Below, piece after piece: positions 50,501-60,989 of a stretch of DNA of 64,000 nucleotides. The DNA is taken from the NCBI GenBank assembly GCA_033852155.1, contig JAWSVA010000004.1, positions 7,830-71,829 on the forward strand. The letters run 5' to 3'. Every line of letters starts with the position of its first letter. Position 1 is the first letter of the stretch. The notes beneath the pieces are model-generated. The model made no database searches and was not told the origin of the DNA. It saw only the letters and a list, made by a program, of their open reading frames with translations. This DNA comes from Gammaproteobacteria bacterium (lineage in GTDB: Bacteria > Pseudomonadota > Gammaproteobacteria > QZLD01). The position numbers and the translations under genes were made by a program.

Positions 50501-53176
50501 ATGAAAAGACTACTAGTCAACGCGACTCAGCAAGAGGAGTTGCGTGTTGCGATGGTTGACGGCCAAAAATTATACGATTTAGATGTAGAAAGACAAGCCG
50601 TAGCTAGAAAAAAATCTAATATATATAAAGGCAAAATCACTCGCGTTGAGCCCAGTCTCGAAGCTGCGTTTGTTGAGTATGGTTCCAACCGTCACGGTTT
50701 CCTCCCTCTTAAAGAAATTTCAAAAAGTTACTTCAAGCCAAATGTCGATCTTTCTGGAAAAATAAACATTAAAGAGGTTCTCTCTGAAGGGCAAGAAGTT
50801 GTTGTTCAAGTTGAAAAAGAGGAACGTGGTAATAAAGGAGCTGCACTAACCACATTCATCAGCCTTGCAGGACGCTACTTAGTTCTAATGCCAAACAACC
50901 CACGAGCAGGCGGGGTATCTAGGCGTATTGAAGGTGAAGAAAGAGACCAAATAAGAAGCATACTTAAAGCTCTTGAAATTCCTACAGGAATGGGAATGAT
51001 CGTCCGCACAGCAGGTGTTGGTAAATCTCATGATCAGCTTCAGTGGGACCTAGATTACCTTCTAAATATCTGGGAAGCTGTAAAAGATGCTGCAGGCAAG
51101 CAACAGGCTCCATTCCTAATCTATCAAGAGAGCAACGCCATCATCCGCGCCCTGCGAGACAACTTCCGCAATGATGTTGGTGAAATACAAATCGATGATG
51201 AAGACACATACAAAGAAGCATATAGCTTTATGAAGCAGGTTATGCCTCATAATCTTAATAAGCTAAACCAATATACAAATGATATCCCTTTATTCTCTAG
51301 ATATCAGATTGAAAGCCAAATTGAATCGGCCTACCTGCGCGAAGTGCGTCTTCCTTCAGGCGGAGCTATAGTCATTGACCGAACTGAAGCCCTTATATCT
51401 ATAGACATTAACTCTGCTCAAGCAACTAAAGGTAGTGATATTGAAGAAACTGCCCTCAATACTAATCTAGAAGCAGCGGATGAAATTGCAAGACAATTAA
51501 GAATTAGAGATTTAGGTGGTTTAATTGTTATTGACTTCATTGATATGCTAAATACACGCAATCAACGTGAAGTAGAAAATAGACTTAAAGAAGCCCTGCA
51601 AATGGATCGTGCCCGCGTACAGGTTGGCCGCATATCTAGATTTGGTCTTCTGGAGATGTCACGTCAGAGATTACGTTCTGCTCTTGGCGAAGCAACTCAT
51701 ACAATTTGCCCTCATTGCTCAGGTCAAGGCACAATCCGCTCTACAGAGTCAATGGCACTGTCTATTTTCCGCATTTTAGAAGAGCATGCGATTAAAGATT
51801 CAACTGAAAAAGTTATCACCCAAGTTCCTGTTGAAATCGGCACATATCTTTTAAATGAAAAAAGAGCAGCAATTGCCAGCTTAGAAAAAATACACGGAAT
51901 TGAAATTGTCCTTATTCCAAATAAATCATTCACTGCCCCACACTATGAAATAGAACGCATAAAAAGCAATGAACCTAGCAAGAAAAGCTCATCAAGTTAT
52001 GAAATGGCTACCGAATGGAAAGACAAAGAGATTGAACAAATCACTTCGCCCGCTCCAATTAAAGCTGCTCCAACGGAGACACCTGCAGTAAGCAATATAG
52101 AGCCAGGCACCCCAGCTCCTACCCGTAAAGAAGAAAACGGTAAAGGTATTATCAAAAAAATATTCTCTATTTTTTCTGGCGATACAGCAAGCGAAGAGCA
52201 AGCTGCCACTAAAAAACCTGGAACAACCAGACAAAATACTAGCCAACGTAGTAGCTCAACAAATACAACCAGAGGCGGAAATAATCGCAATAGAGCTCAA
52301 AGTAATGAGTCTCGCAGTTCATCCAATGCTTCTGGCGGGCAAAATAAATCTCGCCCTCAACAGAATAGACAGCCAAAAAAGACTAATGAGAGTCAATCTA
52401 CTGAGGCGAAGCCTGCAGCAGTTCGCAAACAGAATAATAAAGTAGTAAAGACAGAAGTTGCAGCAAAAGCAAGCGATAACAGGTCTATCAGTACCGCAAA
52501 CACTACAAAAGATGATGAAATAAAGGGCTCTACAACTAGACGTAGCAAACGTGGAGGCCGACAAAGAAAGCGCAGAACGAATGAAAACACTTCATCAAAC
52601 GTTGTTGAACAGGTCTCTACAGAAGGTACAACCAATATTCAAGAGCCTATAAATACTCCGTCTGTAAATAAAACACCTGCTGCAGAAAATCCTAAAACAA
52701 CAGAGCCTAAAGCACAGGACAAACCCATAGCTGAAGCCAAACCAGCTATTAAGGTTAAAAATGATGCGGTAGTTTCCAATGATACAGCTAAACCTACTGC
52801 TTCGGCTAAGCCAGAGCCAAAACATACTAAAAACTATGAAAAAGTAGAAAAGGTGGTGAAAAACATTGAGCTAGCACAGAAATCCGGCCAGGTAGAAACA
52901 AAACCTATCCATCAGGTTAAAGTTGAGACTGAATCTAAAAAAACAGATGCAAAAAAACCAGCTCCTAAACCAGCTCAGCAAAAAGAGCGTGCGCCAGAAG
53001 CTAAGCCCGCTCAAGCAGCAAAGCCTTCTCCGCAAAATCAAGGCACTAACGAAACTGCTATAACAAAAGCACCTTCACACTCTAATGCTGAAGATGCTTA
53101 CAAAAAGCTTTTAGAAAGAGCTAATAGCAAAATGAAGCAGGTCGAGACAAAGAAGGTTGATTCTGAGGAAAGCTGA
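50501..53176 (+). CDS. rne: Ribonuclease E
   Basis: The N-terminus [30 protein letters not shown] is near-identical to RNase E. The catalytic domain ends with the CPHCSGQG Zn-link. The C-terminal half is a low-complexity scaffold containing the Arg-rich segment [13 protein letters not shown]. Confidence 0.9.
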   Translation: MKRLLVNATQQEELRVAMVDGQKLYDLDVERQAVARKKSNIYKGKITRVEPSLEAAFVEYGSNRHGFLPLKEISKSYFKPNVDLSGKINIKEVLSEGQEVVVQVEKEERGNKGAALTTFISLAGRYLVLMPNNPRAGGVSRRIEGEERDQIRSILKALEIPTGMGMIVRTAGVGKSHDQLQWDLDYLLNIWEAVKDAAGKQQAPFLIYQESNAIIRALRDNFRNDVGEIQIDDEDTYKEAYSFMKQVMPHNLNKLNQYTNDIPLFSRYQIESQIESAYLREVRLPSGGAIVIDRTEALISIDINSAQATKGSDIEETALNTNLEAADEIARQLRIRDLGGLIVIDFIDMLNTRNQREVENRLKEALQMDRARVQVGRISRFGLLEMSRQRLRSALGEATHTICPHCSGQGTIRSTESMALSIFRILEEHAIKDSTEKVITQVPVEIGTYLLNEKRAAIASLEKIHGIEIVLIPNKSFTAPHYEIERIKSNEPSKKSSSSYEMATEWKDKEIEQITSPAPIKAAPTETPAVSNIEPGTPAPTRKEENGKGIIKKIFSIFSGDTASEEQAATKKPGTTRQNTSQRSSSTNTTRGGNNRNRAQSNESRSSSNASGGQNKSRPQQNRQPKKTNESQSTEAKPAAVRKQNNKVVKTEVAAKASDNRSISTANTTKDDEIKGSTTRRSKRGGRQRKRRTNENTSSNVVEQVSTEGTTNIQEPINTPSVNKTPAAENPKTTEPKAQDKPIAEAKPAIKVKNDAVVSNDTAKPTASAKPEPKHTKNYEKVEKVVKNIELAQKSGQVETKPIHQVKVETESKKTDAKKPAPKPAQQKERAPEAKPAQAAKPSPQNQGTNETAITKAPSHSNAEDAYKKLLERANSKMKQVETKKVDSEES

Positions 53177-53187
53177 TTATTTACTGT

Positions 53188-53264
53188 GTCCCGGTAGCTC
53201 AGCAGGATAGAGCAACAGATTCCTAATCTGTAGGCCAGAGGTTCGAATCCTCTTCGGGACACCA
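53188..53264 (+). tRNA. tRNA-Arg (anticodon CCU)
   Basis: The cloverleaf was folded by eye. The acceptor stem is GTCCCGG/TCGGGAC and the anticodon loop is TTCCTAA. The T-arm is AGAGG-TTCGAAT-CCTCT. A 3' CCA is encoded. Confidence 0.85.
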
Positions 53265-53303
53265 TTTTGTTTGATGACTGCTTTAAACAATAACATTGAA
53301 TAT

Positions 53304-53332
53304 AAAAAGGGAGGCAACATGCCTCCCTTTTT
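53304..53332. terminator. Bidirectional rho-independent terminator
   Basis: The hairpin gggaggc-aacat-gcctccc is flanked by AAAAA and TTTTT. It lies between the tRNA and the convergent gene at 53354. Confidence 0.6.
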
Positions 53333-53353
53333 ATATTCAACTGCTCTACTTTT

Positions 53354-53638
53354 TTATGTGTCTATATTGAGGTAATGTAAACCTTCATTATTTAACATCA
53401 TGGGATGGCTTCCAGCATTTATCATACGTGTAACAAAGTTATCACACTCAAGTGCCGCTGAAATATCTTTAGCATTTTTCCCTTCAATAAACCCATCAGA
53501 AACCTTAAGAACATAAGAACTCTTACCTTTCTTTATCTGAAAAGAAATAGCGGCATTATCAAAGTCCTCCTGAACATCAACTGCATAGTCTGGTAGCAGA
53601 TCATTGATGCAATCTTTGATATCGGAAATACTAGCCAT
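53354..53638 (-). CDS. Small hypothetical protein of about 94 aa.
   Basis: The likely true start is MASISDIK at 53638, with an AAGGA Shine-Dalgarno 6 nt upstream. The ORF-track start at 53725 looks like an extension. Confidence 0.5.
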   Translation of the reverse strand: MASISDIKDCINDLLPDYAVDVQEDFDNAAISFQIKKGKSSYVLKVSDGFIEGKNAKDISAALECDNFVTRMINAGSHPMMLNNEGLHYLNIDT

Positions 53639-53932
53639 AATTTGTCCTTTTTTGTAACTATGTACGGGGTTGTTTTTCCAAACACTCTTATAACCACCTG
53701 AAGTAGTTATACTTATCCAACCCAAATCGTTTCTTACAAAGTGATTGGGAGCGAATTATAGCAAAAAAATGCCATTCGAACCAATCTGGTTCAAATACAG
53801 TGCAAAAAATTCAACTTGAGTAGTAACTCGCATTTCTTAAATGGATAATAACTAATTAGATGCAATATCTTTAAAGAGTGCTAGATTTAATAGATATATG
53901 AAATTGATTTGAGGTTTGAAGGTAAAAAACAA

Positions 53933-55192
53933 ATGACTGTGATTGCGACTGGTATTTCACCCGAAATTATTGAAAATTTATCCCTATTTAAGGATTTTAG
54001 CGCCGAATCTTTAGAAAATTTGGCTAAAGAATGTTCCATTGAAGAGCATCCTGCAAAAACTGTTGTCTTTCGCAAAGGCAGCTCTAGCGATCATACCCAT
54101 TTTGTTTTATCTGGTGTATTAGTACTAGTTAGCCCAACAGGGGACCAGGAGTCACTAGTTGGCATGGGGGATTCGGGTGTTGTAGATACACCTTTGGGAT
54201 GGGGAAACCCATTTGAAAAATCAGCAATAGCCCAGACAGATATCCGCCTTATTAAAGTCAAAACTGAGACTGTAATACGTTTACTTAAAGAAGCTAAACC
54301 GCCGGAACTTGAAGTTGCTACAGTTGATGAAGATGGGGAAGATATTGGAACAAGGATCTACTTCCGTCTATTTCAGGATCTAATGGAAGATAAGCTTGAT
54401 TTACCAAGCATGCCCGACATTGCTATCAGGGTTAGAGAAGCCGTTTCTAACCCAAAAGCTGGGTCCTATGATGTCTCGCAAATCATCCAATCTGATCCAG
54501 TTGTAACAGCCCGAATTATACAGGCAGCCAATAGCGCGTTATACTCGGGCCAACGCCAAGTAGATAATGTTTCTGCAGCTGTTGTTCGTTTAGGACTTTC
54601 AACCACCAGAGAGCTTGTAATGGCTGTCACTATGCGTGACATCTTTAAATCAAAGTCCCCCCTGTTAAACAAACGAATGGTTGAGCTTTGGATACATAGC
54701 ACTATGGTTGCATCTATTGCATCGGTTTTATCAAAAAAGATTCGCGGTTTTTCTCCAGACAAAGCTCTTTTAGCAGGGTTGGTGCATGATATCGGAATCG
54801 TCCCTATGTTGGTCCATGCTGGAAACTATCCCGAATTAACGCAGGACCCGATGTTGCTGGAAAAAACTATTAATGAATACAAAGGACAAATTGGCACCAT
54901 GATCATGCGTAAGTGGAATTTCCCTGATGATCTATCAAATTTGCCTGCTGATGCTGACTGCTGGATGCGCGATGAAAACCCTAAAGCTGACTACACAGAC
55001 CTTATAATAGTTTCACAACTGCATAATATATCTACTGGGGGTCATGCTGATGAATATCCTGAAATTTCGGAAATACCAGCTTTTTCTAAACTTGGATTAC
55101 AAAAAGATGAAGAATCCCATGCAGGACTATTAATTCGAGATGAAGCTAGAGAAGAGATCGCACAAATTCAAAAATTGCTACTTGGCAATTAA
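53933..55192 (+). CDS. Putative signalling protein with an N-terminal cyclic-nucleotide-binding-like domain and a C-terminal HDOD domain.
   Basis: The HDOD signature is LGLSTTRELVMAVT...LAGLVHDIGIVPML. The N-terminal ~130 aa have the cNMP-binding beta-roll pattern. The probable start is the ATG at 53933, preceded by GAAGG; the track start is 53909. Confidence 0.65.
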   Translation: MTVIATGISPEIIENLSLFKDFSAESLENLAKECSIEEHPAKTVVFRKGSSSDHTHFVLSGVLVLVSPTGDQESLVGMGDSGVVDTPLGWGNPFEKSAIAQTDIRLIKVKTETVIRLLKEAKPPELEVATVDEDGEDIGTRIYFRLFQDLMEDKLDLPSMPDIAIRVREAVSNPKAGSYDVSQIIQSDPVVTARIIQAANSALYSGQRQVDNVSAAVVRLGLSTTRELVMAVTMRDIFKSKSPLLNKRMVELWIHSTMVASIASVLSKKIRGFSPDKALLAGLVHDIGIVPMLVHAGNYPELTQDPMLLEKTINEYKGQIGTMIMRKWNFPDDLSNLPADADCWMRDENPKADYTDLIIVSQLHNISTGGHADEYPEISEIPAFSKLGLQKDEESHAGLLIRDEAREEIAQIQKLLLGN

Positions 55193-55206
55193 CGGCATCT
55201 TCCCAT

Positions 55207-55256
55207 AAAAAACATTCTATACAGGAGGGGGTTACAATCCCCCTTCCATTTTTTCA
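55207..55256. terminator. Bidirectional terminator
   Basis: The hairpin ggaggggg-ttacaat-cccccttcc is flanked by an A-run and a T-run. The ABC-F stop codon sits in the loop. Confidence 0.55.
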
Positions 55257-57127
55257 ATCTTTTCTAAAACGGTCATCCATTCTATTTCTAAATCACAGAC
55301 CTCAACCTTGATTTGCCCCTGCTTCAATAACTTTTCCTTAATTTTAACTTTATTTTCTTCGGAATAGATCTGAGGATCAGCCAATTCATTTTCTAATTGT
55401 GCTAACACTTTTGAATGTTTATCAATTTTCTTCTCTAATCCATCCGCCTCTTTTTTTAGCGGATAAAGCAATTTTCTCTTATCTGCTTCATTTCTACGCA
55501 ATTTTTTACGTGAAACTGTATCAATATTAGTTTTGTTTACAACCTGTTTACTCTTCTTACGTTCAAGCAACCACTTATAATAATCATCTAAATCACCTGC
55601 AAATTCTTGCATCTGGCCTGAATCAACAAGTAAAAATTTGTCGGTAGTAGTATTTAACAAATATCTATCATGGGAAACAATTACCACAGCGCCATCATAG
55701 TCTTGCAAAGCTGCTACCAATGCTTGGCGCATATCAAGATCAAGATGGTTTGTTGGCTCATCAAGCAATAAAAGATTTGGCTTTTGCCAAACTATCATAG
55801 CTAACACTAACCTTGCCTTCTCCCCTCCTGAAAAAGGTGCAACAACAGATTCAACCTTATCACCACAAAATCCGAACCCACCTAAAAAATTCAACAGCTC
55901 TTGATCAGTTGCTTTAGGGGAGATTCTACGCAAATGAAGTAATGGTGATGCAGACAAATCCAACTGCTCCAACTGATGCTGAGCAAAATACCCTATTTGC
56001 ACTCCATCGCTATACACGACCTCTCCAGCAGAAACTTTTAGCTCTTGAGAAAATAATTTAATCAAAGTTGACTTACCGGCTCCATTTAAACCCAATAGAC
56101 CCAGACGATCACCAGGCATAATTGAAATATTTATACCCGCAATAATTTCACTGCCACCCTTATAAGAAAAAGATGAGTCCTCAAACTTAATCATAGGTCT
56201 TGGAGACTTAGGCGATGGTTTAAACTTAAAGAAAAAAGATGAGTCTATATGAGCAGGGAGTATTTTTTCCATTCTGGCAAGAGCTTTGATTCGGCTCTGA
56301 GCCTGCCTTGACTTAGTTGCTTTCGCCTTAAAACGCGTTATAAAGCTGTGCATATGATCTATTTCGCGCTGCTGCTTTTCAAACATAGATTGTTGCTGAG
56401 ATAATTTTTCAGTCCTTGCGTACTCAAAATCAGAATAGTTTCCACTGTAATAATCTAACTTTGAATGTTCGAGAACTGCTATACCATTTACAACTGAGTC
56501 TAAAAAATCCCTATCATGCGAAATTAGCAACACCATCCCTTTGTACCCACGCAACCATCCCTCTAACCAAACTACGGCCTCTAGATCAAGGTGATTAGTC
56601 GGCTCATCCAACAACAACAAGTTTGAACGACAAAATAGCGCCTGAGCAAGATTAAGCCGCATTCGCCAACCACCTGAAAACTCATCCACATACTTATCCA
56701 TTTCCTGAGCAGAAAATCCTAATCCATCTAATAACTCAGCAACTCTGTTTTTACATGTATATCCATTTATCGCATCTATTTTATTATGGAGGTTTGCAAT
56801 CTCCCCGCCACACCCGTTAGATTCCTCAATCTTTAATTTTGTTTGCAACTCCCGCAACTCAATATCACCATCTATGACATAGTCAATTGCAGATTTTTTA
56901 ACTGAGGGTATTTCCTGAGATACGCTTGCAATAACCGTATTACCAGAAAGATCAATTCTTCCAGCATCAAGCACAAGCTCACCTTTTATCATAGAAAAAA
57001 GAGAGCTCTTTCCAGTTCCATTCGAACCAACTAATCCAATGCGTTGATTTGCAAATACAGAAAGGGAAGCATGGTCAAACAACTGCCTCCCTCCTCGAAA
57101 AAGGGATATATCACTAATTTTAAGCAT
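55232..57127 (-). CDS. ABC-F family ATPase with two ABC domains and a C-terminal coiled coil (Uup/YheS-like).
   Basis: Two Walker A motifs are present: GSNGTGKSS and GLNGAGKST. Two LSGG signatures are present: FSGGWRMRL and FSGGEKARL. The N-terminus aligns with Uup from MLKISDISL, so the start is 57127. Confidence 0.85.
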   Translation of the reverse strand: MLKISDISLFRGGRQLFDHASLSVFANQRIGLVGSNGTGKSSLFSMIKGELVLDAGRIDLSGNTVIASVSQEIPSVKKSAIDYVIDGDIELRELQTKLKIEESNGCGGEIANLHNKIDAINGYTCKNRVAELLDGLGFSAQEMDKYVDEFSGGWRMRLNLAQALFCRSNLLLLDEPTNHLDLEAVVWLEGWLRGYKGMVLLISHDRDFLDSVVNGIAVLEHSKLDYYSGNYSDFEYARTEKLSQQQSMFEKQQREIDHMHSFITRFKAKATKSRQAQSRIKALARMEKILPAHIDSSFFFKFKPSPKSPRPMIKFEDSSFSYKGGSEIIAGINISIMPGDRLGLLGLNGAGKSTLIKLFSQELKVSAGEVVYSDGVQIGYFAQHQLEQLDLSASPLLHLRRISPKATDQELLNFLGGFGFCGDKVESVVAPFSGGEKARLVLAMIVWQKPNLLLLDEPTNHLDLDMRQALVAALQDYDGAVVIVSHDRYLLNTTTDKFLLVDSGQMQEFAGDLDDYYKWLLERKKSKQVVNKTNIDTVSRKKLRRNEADKRKLLYPLKKEADGLEKKIDKHSKVLAQLENELADPQIYSEENKVKIKEKLLKQGQIKVEVCDLEIEWMTVLEKIEKMEGGL

Positions 57128-57200
57128 TACAACTTGAACAATTAATAAAAATGGCATTATGCCGCAAAAGGCCCGCTATAAAAACCTGAATTAATTATTT

Positions 57201-58028
57201 TTATTTCTTTTTATAAATAACGCCAGATCTGAACTTAATAAATTCATATGCACTTGCGTGAGCACCAAGAGACTCTGAAGCTCCGAGCACTAGGTAACCA
57301 CCATCGTTTAATATTTGAGTCATGCCACCAATTATCTGATTTCTAACCTCTGTAGAAAAGTAAATCAATACATTTCTACAAAAAATAACGTCAAATTTAC
57401 CCAGCGCTTTGTAACTGTCTAGCAGATTAAAGTTCCGAAAAGAGACATTTCTTCTTATTTCATCTTTTAACTTCCAGATACCGTCTGGTAGCTCAATAAA
57501 ATAACTTTTTTTACGTTCAGGAGATAACCCTCTATCAATCTCTGATAACTGATAAACGCCGCTCTTTGCCTGTTCGATAACGGTTGGAGATATATCTGTG
57601 CCTAAAATTGTTCCAGACATTCTTGATGCAGAAGTTTTTTGGTGTTCTGCCATAGCCATAGCTATTGAATATGGTTCCTGACCAGTAGAGCAAGCAGATG
57701 ACCAAACTTTAACATGGCTTTTTTTAGCTGCCGTAAATCCTGGATAAATAACAGATAAAAGCACAGAAAAAGGATAATCATCCCTAAACCATTGAGTTTC
57801 ATTAGTGGTCATAAGGTCTATAACCCTACCACGCAACTCAGAACTACCTACCCCTTTTAACTTTTCGACAAGCCCCCCTAAATCAGCAAATGAATTCTCA
57901 TTCATAAGCCTAGTAAGTCTGCTAGTAACTAAGTATTGTTTATTCGCACCCAATACAATGCCGCAAAATTCTTCAAGCAGATCACGAAAAGCATCATAAT
58001 GTTTGGGGTTTATTCGCTTAAGTGGCAA
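57201..58028 (-). CDS. cheR: Chemotaxis protein methyltransferase
   Basis: 275 aa. The SAM-binding fold carries VWSSACSTGQEPYS. The N-terminal helical CheR_N is present. Confidence 0.85.
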   Translation of the reverse strand: MPLKRINPKHYDAFRDLLEEFCGIVLGANKQYLVTSRLTRLMNENSFADLGGLVEKLKGVGSSELRGRVIDLMTTNETQWFRDDYPFSVLLSVIYPGFTAAKKSHVKVWSSACSTGQEPYSIAMAMAEHQKTSASRMSGTILGTDISPTVIEQAKSGVYQLSEIDRGLSPERKKSYFIELPDGIWKLKDEIRRNVSFRNFNLLDSYKALGKFDVIFCRNVLIYFSTEVRNQIIGGMTQILNDGGYLVLGASESLGAHASAYEFIKFRSGVIYKKK

Positions 58029-58057
58029 AAGGCCTCCCTATCTCTGATTCATATTAT

Positions 58058-58999
58058 TTATTCGCCTAAAACTTCTTTAAGCCTTTCAATTACCGCTCCA
58101 GCTAAATCATCAGCATTAAATTTAGCAATGAATTTATTAGCCCCTACTGTCTTAATCATATCCTGATTAAAAACACCGCTTAGAGATGTATGTAGCAAAA
58201 CATATAAATCTTTCAACCTTTCATCATCTCTAATCTCTGTTGTTAATGTATAACCATCCATCATTGGCATTTCAATATCAGACAGCACCATTACCAACTT
58301 TTTAAATGAGAATTTAGGGTCATCAGCCCATTTCTTAAGCGTTTCAAGCCCTTCTTTACCGTTCTTAGCCATAGTAACATTCAAGCCCGTAGGCTCAACA
58401 GTCCTCTTTATCTGGTTACGAGCTACTACTGAGTCATCAATTATTAAAATATGATAATCCTTAGCAAGGCTACTTATATTGCGAGTTTGCTCTTCAGCCT
58501 CTTTAGATACATTTAAATTTATTTCGGTAACTTCAGATAAAATCTTCTCTACATCAATAATTTGCACTAAAACGTCATTTAATTTAGTAACTGCCGTAAG
58601 GTAACTATCCAAAGTTGTCTGGCTTGGAGGTGGCATTACATCCTTCCAGTTCATATTTACAATTCTATCTACACTTCCAACCTTAAACCCTTGCACACTG
58701 CGATTATATTCAGTGATAATTACCGACCCGTTCGAATCATCACCCAACACCATTCCACCAACTGCTTTTTGCAAATCAATAATAGAAATGGTTGCCCCTC
58801 GATAATTGGTTATTCCAACAACAGCAGGGTTTGCATGCGGCACCTTAGTTATAACAGGAGCCCTTATAACCTCCCTAACCTTAAATACATTAATTCCAAA
58901 TAACTGCTTTCCAGCAAGAGAAAACAGCAATAGCTCCATACGGTTTCTTCCCGCAAGCTGTGTCCTTTGGTCAACTGATGCCATGAATCCTGTGGCCAT
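58058..58999 (-). CDS. cheV: Chemotaxis coupling protein CheV (CheW domain plus receiver domain)
   Basis: There is an N-terminal CheW-like domain. The C-terminal REC domain carries the IIDDS...LSDIEMPMMDG phospho-acceptor region. Confidence 0.85.
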   Translation of the reverse strand: MATGFMASVDQRTQLAGRNRMELLLFSLAGKQLFGINVFKVREVIRAPVITKVPHANPAVVGITNYRGATISIIDLQKAVGGMVLGDDSNGSVIITEYNRSVQGFKVGSVDRIVNMNWKDVMPPPSQTTLDSYLTAVTKLNDVLVQIIDVEKILSEVTEINLNVSKEAEEQTRNISSLAKDYHILIIDDSVVARNQIKRTVEPTGLNVTMAKNGKEGLETLKKWADDPKFSFKKLVMVLSDIEMPMMDGYTLTTEIRDDERLKDLYVLLHTSLSGVFNQDMIKTVGANKFIAKFNADDLAGAVIERLKEVLGE

Positions 59000-59166
59000 A
59001 CTTACTTACCCTTCTATGTTTTTTTAATGCTCCACTATAAAAATTAGTACAATATAGAGCTAATAGCCACTATCTATAACCAAATTTGTGACGCTAGTAA
59101 TAAAATGGTACTGATAGTGCATAGATATAGTTATATATTAGATGCGTCAAAATTTAGTTGTACTGA

Positions 59167-59907
59167 ATGAAATTACTTTATGAGAAGAAAATGACTGCCA
59201 TTTTTACAAAAATGATTATTATCACCGTATTAATACTATGCATAACAAACAATGCATTATCTCAAGATTCTAACTATGAAGACCTAAATCAGTTAAAAAG
59301 CAAAACAGCCACCTTTTTGAAGCAACAGTATAGTGATCACGATATTTCACCAATAGTAACTATTAACAATATTGACAAAAGATTAAAGCTACAAAAATGC
59401 TCACAAGAGCCAGAATTAAAAATAAAATCGAGCAACAAAAAATTTGGTCCAGTCACAGTCTTTGTAAAATGTACTGGTGAAAAGCCATGGTCTTTATATA
59501 TACCGGCCACAGTAACAGGATACGCAAATATTTTAGTATCGGCTCAAGGAATATTTAGAGGTACCATATTAGAATCAAAGCACATAAAAACTCAAAAAAC
59601 TGATTTATCAAAAGCTTATTATGGATATTATGCAGCCCCAAAAGAAATAATAGGCATGCAAGTTAGTAGGACAATCCCTGCCGGCATAATTATTAATCAA
59701 TCTTTTATAGAGCTGCCTGATATTATTAAAAAAGGGCAAAATGTTTATATCATAGCTTCAGCTAAGGGAATAAATGTTCAATTAAAAGGGGTAGCCTTAA
59801 TGAATGGTAAGCTTGGGCAAATAATTAAAGTAAAAAATTCATCTTCAGGCAAAGCTATACAAGGAAAGGTAATATCATCTTCAAAAGTCATGGTTGCTTT
59901 AGATTAA
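59167..59907 (+). CDS. flgA: Flagellar basal-body P-ring formation chaperone FlgA
   Basis: A signal peptide is present. The C-terminal SAF/FlgA domain includes GKLGQIIKVKNSSSGKAIQGKVIS. Synteny is divergent cheV with flgM-flgN downstream. The start may be the internal MTAIFTK. Confidence 0.8.
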   Translation: MKLLYEKKMTAIFTKMIIITVLILCITNNALSQDSNYEDLNQLKSKTATFLKQQYSDHDISPIVTINNIDKRLKLQKCSQEPELKIKSSNKKFGPVTVFVKCTGEKPWSLYIPATVTGYANILVSAQGIFRGTILESKHIKTQKTDLSKAYYGYYAAPKEIIGMQVSRTIPAGIIINQSFIELPDIIKKGQNVYIIASAKGINVQLKGVALMNGKLGQIIKVKNSSSGKAIQGKVISSSKVMVALD

Positions 59908-60006
59908 ATACATAGGTAACATAATTATTAAGCTGCTGAAATGACTAAAAATTTATCAGCAGGCTGCTCAAAAAAACAAAAAATCAACCTTTTTACATAA
60001 AAACAC

Positions 60007-60033
60007 TAAAGTAATATTTATTGCTGCCGATAA
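60007..60033 (+). promoter_or_regulatory. Sigma-28 (FliA) class promoter upstream of flgM.
   Basis: The sequence TAAAGTAA-N11-GCCGATAA matches the FliA consensus TAAAGTTT-N11-GCCGATAA almost perfectly. It lies about 115 nt upstream of the flgM ATG. Confidence 0.7.
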
Positions 60034-60148
60034 AATATATGATAGCTAGCAAAGGCAACAAGATGCTGCCGAAAATACGTAGTTTTGTTGAGCAAGAATT
60101 ACAGGGAATTTATAGTAAATGCTCCCCAAGACACAGAGGAACTAATCA

Positions 60149-60465
60149 TGAGCAATATAATCGATAGCGGTTCAACCCTTAGAAATATGGGGTTAGCTGA
60201 CAACAAAAAAGCACAGGCCAACAGTAGCCCAAAAGTTGCTCCTGAAAGCAATGTAGCAGCAGTAAACACTGATTCAGCTGACAAAGTTGAGATCTCAACT
60301 GCTTCAGAAAAATTATCACTAGTTAGAGAAACTATTGCATCGACACCTGAAGTTGACACTGCAAGAGTTGAAGATATTAAAGCAAAAATTGCTGCCGGAG
60401 AATACCCTGTAAACCCTGAGCAAATCGCTGACAAGATGATTGACTTGGAGAAATTGCTCTCCTAG
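60149..60465 (+). CDS. flgM: Anti-sigma-28 factor FlgM
   Basis: About 105 aa from the ATG at 60149, preceded by AGAGGAA. The track start at 60085 is an upstream TTG extension. The C-terminal amphipathic region DTARVEDIKAKIAAGEYPVNPEQIADKMI is typical of FlgM. Confidence 0.8.
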
Positions 60466-60479
60466 ATTACAATAACCAG

Positions 60480-60965
60480 ATGAATACAAATAATAAAATT
60501 CAAGAATTTATTGAGTTGCTTCAAGATGCAACATGCGCTTCAACTGATCTTCAAAAACTCTTAAAGCTTGAGATGCAACTTCTAGCGTCTCGCAAATTTG
60601 AAGACCTCAACGAAGTTCTTACCAAAAAAATGAAAATCATCGATCAACTTGAAAGTCAGGATAAGATGCGCTCTGAACTCTTATCCTCTGTAGGCTATAC
60701 AGCAGATGAAACTGGAACAAAGAAGTTTTTATCTGACAATGAAAGCCAAGAACTTGCATCAGCTTGGCAGAAGCTTATGGATATAATCAAAGAGTGCCAA
60801 ATCATAAACCAATCTAATGGAATGGTGGTATCTAAAAATCAAGCTCATATAAAGCAAGCAATGGACATAATTACTGGTGGAAATAATTCTGGCAGCAACG
60901 ATACTTATAATAATAAAGGGGTTCAAAGTTATAGTTCATCTCGCAGAGACATATCTAAAGCTTAA
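60480..60965 (+). CDS. flgN: Flagellar export chaperone FlgN-like
   Basis: 161 aa helical protein. It lies directly downstream of flgM in the conserved flgM-flgN arrangement. Confidence 0.7.
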   Translation: MNTNNKIQEFIELLQDATCASTDLQKLLKLEMQLLASRKFEDLNEVLTKKMKIIDQLESQDKMRSELLSSVGYTADETGTKKFLSDNESQELASAWQKLMDIIKECQIINQSNGMVVSKNQAHIKQAMDIITGGNNSGSNDTYNNKGVQSYSSSRRDISKA

Positions 60966-60989
60966 TACCCACAATTAATTAATCTACGA

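Noticed and set aside
51724-52825. Six minus-strand ORFs of 69-97 aa inside rne.
   Set aside because: They are antisense to the low-complexity, codon-biased RNase E scaffold region. They have no Shine-Dalgarno sequences and mutually overlapping frames. They are typical artefacts.
53188-55192. Genomic island integrated at tRNA-Arg.
   Set aside because: There is no integrase, no direct repeat of the tRNA 3' end, and only two small genes before core chemotaxis genes resume.
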